A stretch of DNA of 42,434 nt from an uncultured Leptospirales bacterium (GTDB lineage Bacteria > Spirochaetota > UBA4802 > JAFGJZ01), in the NCBI GenBank assembly GCA_964484915.1, contig CAZAHA010000001.1:1-42434 (forward strand). Direction: 5' to 3'. A program made the position numbers and the translations under genes. The stretch's first letter is position 1; each line of letters opens with the position of its first letter. Of this stretch, positions 34,423 through 42,434 are shown one piece after another. The notes under the pieces are model-generated. The model was not told the origin of the DNA and searched no databases. It saw only the letters and a list, made by a program, of their open reading frames with translations.

Positions 34423-35979
34423 CTACTTTTTCACACTTATCAACAGATTATTAATAATTGTTAATAACTTCGGTGCATAGCGAAGCGGAACATGTGAATG
34501 GGTGATGACGCTCTTGAGTACCTCCTCCGAACCGAGAGTGTGCAAAACCGCTATCGGATCGGGCCTGATATCAGGTATCGTTTCGGCAAGCATTCGCTTT
34601 ACGGGATAGTCAATCACCGGCTTCTCGCTGTCAAGTGACCCGGCAGCCTTCACCGCGGGTCCGTACTCTTCTCCATCTTCCCGCAGATACACAACAGGAA
34701 TATCAATCGAATCCGTCAGCTTCTGAATACCATCCCTGTACGCCAGAAAATTTCTCCGGGTACGCCACCGTCCCAGATAGACGCTTCCCGCGCGGACATA
34801 GTCCATGTTCAGCCGTTCCTTCGGCGAGAACCTGTTCCTCTTATAAAAATCGTACCTGTTCTGGTATGCGCTCCCGCGTGCGTACATCACGTTATGCGGA
34901 AAACAAAAATCGGTTCCCGTAAGGTATATCCTCTCCGGGCACATCAAGACCGCCGCGGCCAGCGCGTCTCCCGCCACGGAACCGCCCTCAGAGGAAAGTG
35001 ACGGAAAATATCCCGGATAGAGCGATTCGACGATTTGCAGGAGCGGATGTGACGTCAGAGCTCCGAAGACCGGAACGGGAGCGTCGCGAAGAGCGGATGT
35101 GAACACCGTGATTATTCCGGCAGTGCCGGCTGTTTGTCCGATCAGATGTTCATGTATCCACGGCTGCGGATCGACCGAGACGACAAAGTCGGCACGTATC
35201 CCGAATCCCGCGAGGACCGGCAGCGCGGAGTCGACAGCGATAACAACAAGACGCGACCTGTTTTTGAGTATTGTGTCCAGGAATACACCAAGGGTAGGTG
35301 AGGATGAGGCAACGAGAACATCTTTTCCAGCGCAGCATCCGGCAAGCACTTGCAGCGAATGATAGCGGTCAATCCGCGAAATGTGAAAGAGTGCGTTCTT
35401 GAAAAAGGGCAGCGCAAAACGGTTGATCGTCGCACGGTTTGACATCTGCTTATCCAGCAGCGCGGAAAGCTCCTGCTCTATCCGCGCATAATAGGAGTTG
35501 AAGATCCTGTACGATGCCGGGTGCCTCAGAACAGAAAGCGATGCATACGCAACCGGCTGTACATCATCCGAAAAGAAATCCGTAATCTGTGAAAGCGTTT
35601 TTCCGCTTAACACTTCTATTGTTCCATCTTCGATCATCTTCCGGACATGACCGGCGACAGGCTGTGACATGATGTCGGGGATTCGCTCTATGGCGATTAT
35701 CTTTTTTGCCTGCAGAAAATCCGGAAGCATCGGGCTGATATGATATCCCAGCCCCAGCCCCAGAATAACAATCAGTCCCCCGGGTGAGCGGGTTGCCATT
35801 TCCGTAAACCGTACATGCTCACGGAACGGGTCCCGTCTGCTGTGCAGAAGCTGCCGCTTTCCGTCTGCGATGTAGACGAGTGTTGGATAACCGCTTTTTG
35901 TAGCTTCGGTTTTTGTATGAAATGTCTGCTCCATCGGTCCGTCTGCCCTGTATTCCATAATTCTCCCGGGATCAGACAT
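34423..35979 (-). CDS. Motility accessory factor (Maf)-like / MptE-like DUF115 protein (518 aa), putative flagellin glycosyltransferase family
   Basis: LLHSRRDPFRE N-terminal motif, ILGLGLGYH, and the DUF115 core RADFVVSVDPQPW...YLTGTDFCFP. ATG at 35977-35979. Confidence 0.7.
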   Translation of the reverse strand: MSDPGRIMEYRADGPMEQTFHTKTEATKSGYPTLVYIADGKRQLLHSRRDPFREHVRFTEMATRSPGGLIVILGLGLGYHISPMLPDFLQAKKIIAIERIPDIMSQPVAGHVRKMIEDGTIEVLSGKTLSQITDFFSDDVQPVAYASLSVLRHPASYRIFNSYYARIEQELSALLDKQMSNRATINRFALPFFKNALFHISRIDRYHSLQVLAGCCAGKDVLVASSSPTLGVFLDTILKNRSRLVVIAVDSALPVLAGFGIRADFVVSVDPQPWIHEHLIGQTAGTAGIITVFTSALRDAPVPVFGALTSHPLLQIVESLYPGYFPSLSSEGGSVAGDALAAAVLMCPERIYLTGTDFCFPHNVMYARGSAYQNRYDFYKRNRFSPKERLNMDYVRAGSVYLGRWRTRRNFLAYRDGIQKLTDSIDIPVVYLREDGEEYGPAVKAAGSLDSEKPVIDYPVKRMLAETIPDIRPDPIAVLHTLGSEEVLKSVITHSHVPLRYAPKLLTIINNLLISVKK

Positions 35980-36031
35980 AATGCGCCCGGTTCATTTTGC
36001 AATACATTAAACGGTGCACGACGAGTTAAAA

Positions 36032-37879
36032 ATGACTCACAGAAACACACAGGAACAATCGATAATTAACACAGGCGCAGCATGGAAAGCCGCCGCTATG
36101 CATCATTTACCGAAAGACAGGTACAGGATTATGTCTTCTCATTATACTCAACTTTCAGCGGTCATCGAGATCCTTGCAAACAAAACAGCCGCCCGTTCCG
36201 TTTCACCCCGCAGCATCATTTACGCACTTTTCGGGGATGAGGCACCCAACAGTTTTGTTGCCGAAGAAATCAAGATGCTGCAGGCATACCTTCGGTCCAT
36301 AAAGCCGGATTCATTTATTGATATCGCGGGTATGGTTTATCAGGAGATTCAATCTGCATGTGACCTGAAGTACAAGGGACAATTTTTCACCAGCGACAAG
36401 ATTGTCGATTCCATACTCGACCAGGCGCTTGAAAATACCAGTACGGAAACACTGTTCTCCTTCCGCATCATGGACCCGGCGTGCGGGTCGGGACAGTTTC
36501 TGACAAGCGTATTTAAACGGCTGCGGTCATTGTACACAAATATCGGCATTTCCATTGAAGAAGCAGGCAGGAGAATTGTTTTGCACAACCTGATCGGTTA
36601 CGACAGCGACCCCACAGCGGTTTACATCGCCAGACACAACCTTTCCATGTTAAGCGGCTTGCCTGTATCAGAGATTACGTCAATCCGGCACAACGATTTC
36701 ATCTACAAGGATTCTCTCTCGCTGGAACAGGACACCCTCAGCGAGGACCAGTATGACCTGATCATCGGCAATCCACCATGGGGCAGCACCCTTACACCGG
36801 AAGAAAAGAAATATTACCGCGCTGCGTACTACTCGGCAAAATCCGGGATCAATACCTTTACCCTGTTCATCGAACGGTCGCTTGAACTTCTGAAGGAGAA
36901 GGGGAGACTGTCTTTTTTGGTCCCTGAGGCCCTGCTGAACATACGTGCCCACCGCAACTGCAGGGAAATGCTGATAACCCACACACAGATACAGAACATC
37001 AACCTGTGGGGTGATCAGTTCAAGGGGGTCTATGCGCCAGCCATATCTTTCTGCTGCGTGAAAGACACAACCCACAACAAGGACAACACAATAACGATCA
37101 ACGACGTGACGCACAAGCGTTTCGATACGATGTATGTTAAACAGGCAGCTGTCAGACGGGTTCCCGAACACATCATCAGCATCCACTTCACCGTCCACGC
37201 GCTTGACATCATAGAACATATGAACACGGTCAACTGCTACTACCTCAAGGACTCGGCGCGTTTCTTTCTGGGAATCGTTACGGGTAATAATCCGCGCTTT
37301 CTGTCAGACAGCCGGTCTGAAGATACTCCCGACCCCATCCTCACCGGACGGGACATCACACCGTACAGGGCAGGGAAAGCGGGTACGTACTTCAGATATG
37401 ATCCTGATGCCCTTCAGCAGACAGCACCCCGGGAGCTTTATCTGACGAAAAACAAGATCATCTACAAGTTCATCGGCAAACGACTCACCTTCGCCATGGA
37501 CCGCGAGGGTCACTACACGCTGAACAACGTGAACGGATTTATCCCGGACATGGAAACCGTGACCCCCGAGGCAATGCTTGCCATCCTCAACTCTTCACTC
37601 ATCCAGTACTTCTACGAGAAGAACTTCTTTACCATCAAGGTGCTCCGCGGCAATCTCGAACGCCTTCCGCTGAAGAAACTGTCAGGAGAGGCGGAGAAAC
37701 TGCTGACCGGTCTTGCGCTGGAAGCGATGAACGCCGACGGCCTGTCGGAAAAAAAGCGGATACAGGACACCATCGACGACATCGTCTTTCATGAATATGA
37801 CATCACGGAAAAAAATGCATACCGGATATGGGAAGAATATAACTCGTCGAAGGGCCAGCAGATTCTGCCCAACCACTGA
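36032..37879 (+). CDS. Gamma-class N6-adenine DNA methyltransferase (Eco57I/TaqI-like catalytic domain plus TaqI_C-like target-recognition domain)
   Basis: Motif I IMDPACGSGQFL precedes motif IV IIGNPPWGS (gamma order). FFTSDKIVD N-terminal motif. The C-terminal 250 aa or so look TRD-like (FLGIVTGNN...ILNSSLIQYFY). The track start at 36014 is GTG and the first ATG is at 36032. The true start is uncertain because the divergent Maf-like ATG is only 34-52 nt away. Confidence 0.85.
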   Translation: MTHRNTQEQSIINTGAAWKAAAMHHLPKDRYRIMSSHYTQLSAVIEILANKTAARSVSPRSIIYALFGDEAPNSFVAEEIKMLQAYLRSIKPDSFIDIAGMVYQEIQSACDLKYKGQFFTSDKIVDSILDQALENTSTETLFSFRIMDPACGSGQFLTSVFKRLRSLYTNIGISIEEAGRRIVLHNLIGYDSDPTAVYIARHNLSMLSGLPVSEITSIRHNDFIYKDSLSLEQDTLSEDQYDLIIGNPPWGSTLTPEEKKYYRAAYYSAKSGINTFTLFIERSLELLKEKGRLSFLVPEALLNIRAHRNCREMLITHTQIQNINLWGDQFKGVYAPAISFCCVKDTTHNKDNTITINDVTHKRFDTMYVKQAAVRRVPEHIISIHFTVHALDIIEHMNTVNCYYLKDSARFFLGIVTGNNPRFLSDSRSEDTPDPILTGRDITPYRAGKAGTYFRYDPDALQQTAPRELYLTKNKIIYKFIGKRLTFAMDREGHYTLNNVNGFIPDMETVTPEAMLAILNSSLIQYFYEKNFFTIKVLRGNLERLPLKKLSGEAEKLLTGLALEAMNADGLSEKKRIQDTIDDIVFHEYDITEKNAYRIWEEYNSSKGQQILPNH

Positions 37880-37894
37880 CGGCGCTTCTGATGT

Positions 37895-38599
37895 TTATTT
37901 GAATTCAGCCGTTCGCGCGGCAAACCTTTTTATGACCGGAAACTTGCGGGGATATTCCTCCGGAGTATGTGCCACCTTCCTGAATGCGATACCGTCTGCA
38001 AAGAAAGGAGTATCCGCAGCAGCGCCGAGATCCGCTGCAAAGCGCATCATCTCGTCGGACAGGCTGCGGCTGGTCTTGTTACTGTAAACATAAAGATGGC
38101 CTCCTTCCTGAAGCATGCAGAGTCCAAATTCCAGGCTGTAACACACGGGACCAAACGCACGGGAGACGACAATTCCGCATCTGTTCCGGTATCTTGATGA
38201 CGCCTCCTCGGCCCGTCCGTTGTAAACGGACACATGGGGGAGGGCAAGATCAGCGACGACACGACAAAGAAAGGCGCATTTTTTCTCGTTTGAGTCAACA
38301 AGAAGATACCGGTATTCGGGGAAGAGCACAGACAGCACGATACCCGGGACACCGTTTCCACTGCCAAGATCAGCGATCAATGTTCCACGTGGAACATTAT
38401 AGACGGTAAGATCACGTATGGACTGTTCAACAAGATTTTTGTATATCTCGTCAACCGTTCGGAAGCCGGTGAGGTTCTTTACCTGGTTATATTCGTACAC
38501 CATCCTCGCATACAATGACAGCTTTTCATTCTGCTCACAAGTTATCTGTTCCACGTGGAACACCTTCCTTGCGTTCGAGTCTGTCCATATGGACCGCAA
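37895..38599 (-). CDS. rsmG: 16S rRNA (guanine527-N7)-methyltransferase RsmG
   Basis: VKNLTG, SAM motif [11 protein letters not shown], and synteny downstream of mnmG. The track start is TTG at 38599 and overlaps mnmG by 65 nt. A GTG at 38552-38554 with AGGAAGG 8 nt upstream is a plausible shorter start. Confidence 0.9.
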   Translation of the reverse strand: MRSIWTDSNARKVFHVEQITCEQNEKLSLYARMVYEYNQVKNLTGFRTVDEIYKNLVEQSIRDLTVYNVPRGTLIADLGSGNGVPGIVLSVLFPEYRYLLVDSNEKKCAFLCRVVADLALPHVSVYNGRAEEASSRYRNRCGIVVSRAFGPVCYSLEFGLCMLQEGGHLYVYSNKTSRSLSDEMMRFAADLGAAADTPFFADGIAFRKVAHTPEEYPRKFPVIKRFAARTAEFK

Positions 38600-40430
38600 T
38601 TATTGATACATGCACCGGGTCGACTCCGCGGATTCTTCCCGCCTGACCGAGCGTCCGCGGACGTACATCCTTCAACTTTTGCTTTGCTTCATGCTTGATG
38701 CCGTCAAGCAGGTCATAGTCAAAATCCAGAGGAATCTCGCGGTTTTCCATGGATTCCATCCGCCTGATTTTCTCCAGTTCCTTTTTGATGTATCCTGCAT
38801 ATTTGATTTCCATCTCCGCTACCGCAGCCGTCTCGTCGGGTATGCACTCTCTGAAATACGCTGCTATCGCATGAACAGTGATTCCCGGCCTCTTGAGCAG
38901 TTCACCCGCTTTGATACTTCCGCGGATTGCGCCGATATTTGAGCGGTCGTCCGTGAAGATTTGTTTCGTGCGCTCATCGACCGTTACCGTCCGGGAGGAA
39001 AGCTCCTCGGTAAACTCGCGAATCAATCTGTATTTTTCCTGCATCCGGGCAAGCCTTTCGGGACTGTTGAGCCCATATGTCTGTCCGTAATGCATCAGAC
39101 GCCTGTCTGCGTTATCCTGCCGCAGGAGGAGACGGTATTCTGCTCGTGAGGTAAACATGCGGTACGGCTCATCAAGCCCCTTGGTTACAAGATCATCTAT
39201 CATGACACCGGTATACGCCTCTGAACGCTTCAGTACAAACGGCTCTTCACCGCGTATCTTTGCCGCAGCGTTTATTGCAGCCATTAAACCCTGTGCGGCC
39301 GCCTCCTCGTACCCTGATGTTCCGTTTATTTGACCGGCATGATAGAGTCCTGCCACAATCTTCGTCTCAAGTGTCGGATACAGCTGCACTGGGGGAATAA
39401 AATCGTACTCTACCGCATACGCGGGTCTCATTACCCTTACGTTTTCCAGGCCGGGAACCGTTCTGACCATCGCGAGCTGAACGTCTTCGGGTAGTGAGCT
39501 TGAGAATCCGTTGATGTAGTATTCGTTTGTGTCTGCGCCCTCTGGTTCGAGAAAAAGCTGATGGCGGGGCTTGTCCGAAAAGCGGACGATCTTATCCTCA
39601 ATTGACGGGCAGTACCGCGGGCCGACTCCTTTTATCTTCCCACCATACAGAGGCGATCGGTGTATGTTATCCCGTATGATACGGTGGGTTTCTTCCGTGG
39701 TATAGGTAATCCAGCACGGAAACTGCCGTATACCCAGCAGGTTTTCCGGAACGGTGTCATACGAGAACGGAACCGGTATCTCGTCCGGGTATTGTGCGTC
39801 GCACCGGGAAAAGTCTATCGAATTCCCGTTTATGCGTTGCGGAGTTCCGGTCTTCAGTCTTTCTACTTCAAAACCAAGATGTCTGTAAGAGCCGGACAGG
39901 TGCTCAGCCGAGTAGTCGCCGAGCCGGCCTGACCGATGCTGGTAATCGCCGATATGAATCAGCCCTTTCAGAAAGGTCCCCGTACAGACGATTACCGACC
40001 GCGACAGAAATGTGTTGCCGCGTTCTGTTTCGACACCTGTTACTCTGTTTTGTTCGGTAATCAACGAAGAGGCAACATCCTGGACGATGTCGAGGTTGTC
40101 CTGCTGCTCAAGGATGTGCTTCATCCTGTACTGGTATGCCTTCTTGTCCGCCTGCGCCCGTGGCGCCCATACGGCCGGACCCTTGCTCCGGTTAAGCATC
40201 TTGAAGTGTATTGCGGTATGGTCTATGCTTCGTCCCATCTCGCCGCCAAGAGCGTCGATCTCCTTCACCAGATGTCCCTTCGCAAGACCGCCTATGGCTG
40301 GATTACAGCTCATCTGGGCGATTGTGTCGAGGTTACCGGAGAGAAGCAGTGTATTCATGTTCATACGAGCCGAAGCAAGTGCCGCCTCGCAGCCGGCGTG
40401 TCCTGCACCAATTACGATTATATCATACAT
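38535..40430 (-). CDS. mnmG: tRNA uridine-5-carboxymethylaminomethyl synthesis enzyme MnmG (GidA)
   Basis: [26 protein letters not shown]-binding N-terminus, [11 protein letters not shown], 631 aa. Confidence 0.97.
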   Translation of the reverse strand: MYDIIVIGAGHAGCEAALASARMNMNTLLLSGNLDTIAQMSCNPAIGGLAKGHLVKEIDALGGEMGRSIDHTAIHFKMLNRSKGPAVWAPRAQADKKAYQYRMKHILEQQDNLDIVQDVASSLITEQNRVTGVETERGNTFLSRSVIVCTGTFLKGLIHIGDYQHRSGRLGDYSAEHLSGSYRHLGFEVERLKTGTPQRINGNSIDFSRCDAQYPDEIPVPFSYDTVPENLLGIRQFPCWITYTTEETHRIIRDNIHRSPLYGGKIKGVGPRYCPSIEDKIVRFSDKPRHQLFLEPEGADTNEYYINGFSSSLPEDVQLAMVRTVPGLENVRVMRPAYAVEYDFIPPVQLYPTLETKIVAGLYHAGQINGTSGYEEAAAQGLMAAINAAAKIRGEEPFVLKRSEAYTGVMIDDLVTKGLDEPYRMFTSRAEYRLLLRQDNADRRLMHYGQTYGLNSPERLARMQEKYRLIREFTEELSSRTVTVDERTKQIFTDDRSNIGAIRGSIKAGELLKRPGITVHAIAAYFRECIPDETAAVAEMEIKYAGYIKKELEKIRRMESMENREIPLDFDYDLLDGIKHEAKQKLKDVRPRTLGQAGRIRGVDPVHVSIIAVHMDRLERKEGVPRGTDNL

Positions 40431-40537
40431 TATTAAACTCCATCATAGCTGTTCATCTTTTCACGAAATTTGTATCCGTACTCAAGCCCGTCTCTTTTGT
40501 ACTTTAAAAATAAGTTCTTTTATGATATATTAATACC

Positions 40538-41086
40538 ATGAATACCGATTATGTACATCTTTTACTTGGTGATATTACAAAGGTTGCCTGCGACGCTATC
40601 GTCAATGCCGCCAATAGTTCGCTTCTCGGCGGCGGTGGTGTCGACGGTGCCATACATCACGCCGCAGGCCCCGGACTTCTTGATGAGTGCAAAACACTCG
40701 GGGGTTGCGAAACAGGCAACGCCAAAATCACGGCTGCATATAAGCTCCCATCAAAATATGTTATCCATGCTGTCGGCCCAGTCTACCGCGGAGGAAAGTA
40801 CGGCGAAGCGGCGCTTCTTTCTTCGGCGTATGAGAACAGCATGCGATATGTTACGGCCCGTTCCCTGTCAAGCATCGCGTTCCCGGCTATCTCGACAGGA
40901 GTGTACGGTTATCCAAAAGATGAGGCCTGTTCTGTCGCATTGCGAACCGTTTTGTCCTTCTGTTACAAAAATATGGTTTACCCGGATATCTACTTCGTAC
41001 TTTTTGACAATATAAATTACTCTTACTACGAAAAAGAACTCAAAAACGTTTCGGAGTGTGATATGAATGATCTGCGTAACAAATAA
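40538..41086 (+). CDS. Macro-domain protein (YmdB-like O-acetyl-ADP-ribose deacetylase / ADP-ribose binding)
   Basis: GDITKVACDAIVNAANSSLLGGGGVDGAIHHAAG and FPAISTGVYGYP motifs. Confidence 0.9.
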   Translation: MNTDYVHLLLGDITKVACDAIVNAANSSLLGGGGVDGAIHHAAGPGLLDECKTLGGCETGNAKITAAYKLPSKYVIHAVGPVYRGGKYGEAALLSSAYENSMRYVTARSLSSIAFPAISTGVYGYPKDEACSVALRTVLSFCYKNMVYPDIYFVLFDNINYSYYEKELKNVSECDMNDLRNK

Positions 41087-42434
41087 CCGTATTCTAATCG
41101 TTTACAAGAACCGGGAACTTGTGAATGATATATACACACTCTACCCAGACGATACGCTGAACATCATCACAGCAAGATCATCGATCGAGGCGCTCAGCAA
41201 GATATCGTTTCAACTGCCGAATCTGATTATTTCTGAATATGATCTGGAAAATGAAAACGGTATCGACTTCTGTGTCAAGATTCGTTCGAGCATCAAGACG
41301 AAGCTCATACCCTTTATCATCATCTCGGACCATGATGATCATTCCGAAAACATCCGTGCGCTGCAAAACGGCGCAGACGCGTTTCTGGTACGGCCGTTTA
41401 ACGACGAGGAACTCCGTGCACATATTGATAACAAGATTTCACACTACAATGACTTTTACCAGTTATCAATACGGGATGAGCTGACAAACCTCTACAACCG
41501 TCGTGAGTTTATTAATCAGTTTCAGTATATCACGTCAAAAGATCCGTCAATGGTTGTCTCGGTTGCCATGGTTGATATCGATTTTTTCAAGCATGTTAAT
41601 GATATACACGGACATCAGGTCGGCGATTTTGTTCTCATGAAGTTCGCCGAAACACTGCAAAAGTTTTCGTACCAGTCAATCATACCGACCCGTTTCGGCG
41701 GCGAGGAGTTCGCTATCCTGCTTCCCGGCAGGGATGTTCAGGAAGCGTATGAGATAATTGAATCGATACGAAAGGACTTCCTGTCTATTTCCTTTACCGG
41801 AGCAAAAGGTAATACATTTCATGTGTCCTTCAGCACGGGAATCGCATCCTATCCCGATTTTGCGGACAATATTTCTGACATACTGTCTCTGGCTGACCAG
41901 GCACTGTACTCCGCCAAGAAGGACGGCCGGGGACGGACATATATATACAAAAAACATATGTCGTATAACGACAGGTTTTGGGAATACTTTGAACAGACAT
42001 CAAACTTCTACGTAGACGCACACAACAATGATGCCGTAACCGGCCTTCCGTTTCTGCCCAAGCTGCTTGAGTTTTTGACAACGATGAGCGAGAACATCAA
42101 CAGTATCGGCGTTTTAACGGTCAATATCGAACCCCTTGAGGGCATACGAAAGTATTACGGGTCCCATATCTACGAAATAATAATCCAGAACATCAAAAGT
42201 GTCATCGAAAAGGTCTGCTACAGGGAATACGCATCTGAAACGTATTTCAGCATATCGTCATTTCTGGAGTTTGGCTTTACCATTCTCTTTCCCAGCCTCT
42301 TTGACTTTACGCTCAACAGCAGAAAGTGCCATCAGCTTTTTATGGACATTACCCGCCAGGTCGATAACGAACTGACGATCTATCCGGTTGAAATAACATC
42401 CTCGGACGGTGTTATCTATTACGCAAATAACAAC
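41067..42434 (+). CDS. Pseudo-receiver/GGDEF diguanylate cyclase with an additional C-terminal domain (3' end beyond the window)
   Basis: Not in the ORF track (no in-window stop). ATG at 41067, open for 456 codons to 42434 by manual translation. The receiver-like N-terminus has the acidic pair replaced (RILIVYKN), Glu at the phospho-acceptor position (LIISEYDL) and RPF instead of KPF. GGDEF domain with RFGGEEFAI and no RxxD I-site seen upstream. Overlaps the macro gene by 20 nt. Confidence 0.85.
   Translation, partial: MICVTNNRILIVYKNRELVNDIYTLYPDDTLNIITARSSIEALSKISFQLPNLIISEYDLENENGIDFCVKIRSSIKTKLIPFIIISDHDDHSENIRALQNGADAFLVRPFNDEELRAHIDNKISHYNDFYQLSIRDELTNLYNRREFINQFQYITSKDPSMVVSVAMVDIDFFKHVNDIHGHQVGDFVLMKFAETLQKFSYQSIIPTRFGGEEFAILLPGRDVQEAYEIIESIRKDFLSISFTGAKGNTFHVSFSTGIASYPDFADNISDILSLADQALYSAKKDGRGRTYIYKKHMSYNDRFWEYFEQTSNFYVDAHNNDAVTGLPFLPKLLEFLTTMSENINSIGVLTVNIEPLEGIRKYYGSHIYEIIIQNIKSVIEKVCYREYASETYFSISSFLEFGFTILFPSLFDFTLNSRKCHQLFMDITRQVDNELTIYPVEITSSDGVIYYANNN

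Noticed and set aside
36680-37219. 179-aa minus-strand ORF inside the DNA methyltransferase gene, considered as a hidden restriction or control gene
   Set aside because: It is fully antisense to the methyltransferase coding frame, which carries NPPW and TRD motifs. It has no nuclease or HTH motif and no RBS. Shadow ORF.
36014-37879. Methyltransferase as part of a type IIG R-M, BREX (PglX) or DISARM defence system
   Set aside because: It is too short for PglX or a type IIG fusion enzyme and has no nuclease motif. None of the accompanying BREX or DISARM genes (PglZ, BrxC, helicase, PLD) occur in the window, and the neighbours are housekeeping or flagellar-glycosylation-type genes.
39936-40533. 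166-aa and 173-aa plus-strand ORFs antisense to the mnmG 5' half
   Set aside because: mnmG is unambiguous on the minus strand. These ORFs are Arg/Cys/Ser-rich with no motif.
1-42434. CRISPR arrays, tRNA/rRNA genes, IS elements, integrases, prophage or toxin-antitoxin pairs
   Set aside because: No regularly spaced direct repeats, no tRNA-like T-arm sequences in the intergenic gaps (all under 280 nt), and no transposase, recombinase or phage-like ORFs were recognisable in any frame.

Overview
This is a gene-dense 42.4-kb chromosomal window with about 36 protein-coding genes, most on the minus strand. By eye I found no rRNA, tRNA, CRISPR array, transposase or integrase. Gene content points to an anaerobic diderm bacterium: outer-membrane biogenesis genes, indolepyruvate:ferredoxin oxidoreductase, and many lipoproteins with relaxed lipoboxes. 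Together with a Maf/DUF115 gene, this hints at Spirochaetota, but with low confidence.

The housekeeping backbone is rpmH-rnpA-yidD-yidC-jag-mnmE (28.0-32.7 kb) and mnmG-rsmG (37.9-40.4 kb). Other recognisable units:
- paaK-ACT-iorA-iorB aromatic 2-oxoacid/arylacetate operon (10.6-14.5 kb).
- A DEAD-box helicase.
- A GT4 glycosyltransferase, atypical OmpR-type regulator and PAS/HisKA_3 kinase operon (16.4-20.4 kb).
- A translationally coupled envelope operon: AsmA/YdbH-like protein, DUF1318/YdbL-like lipoprotein and a lipoprotein of more than 1,900 aa with a TolB-like propeller plus TPR repeats. The last gene runs off the left edge and is missing from the ORF track.
- An apparently orphan gamma-class N6-adenine DNA methyltransferase.
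- A macro-domain protein.
- A pseudo-receiver GGDEF protein that runs off the right edge and is also missing from the track.

The best candidate for an uncharacterised system is the co-directional block at 22.3-28.1 kb, directly downstream of mnmE. It encodes an M14 carboxypeptidase lipoprotein, a periplasmic-vWA/TM/cytoplasmic-FHA protein, three tandem diverged AIM24/DUF124 paralogs with 9-nt spacers, a stand-alone STAS protein and a YjbQ-family protein.

All product calls rest on motif recognition from the translations. No homology search was possible. Several ORF-track N-termini start at TTG or GTG and were trimmed to better-supported ATG starts.
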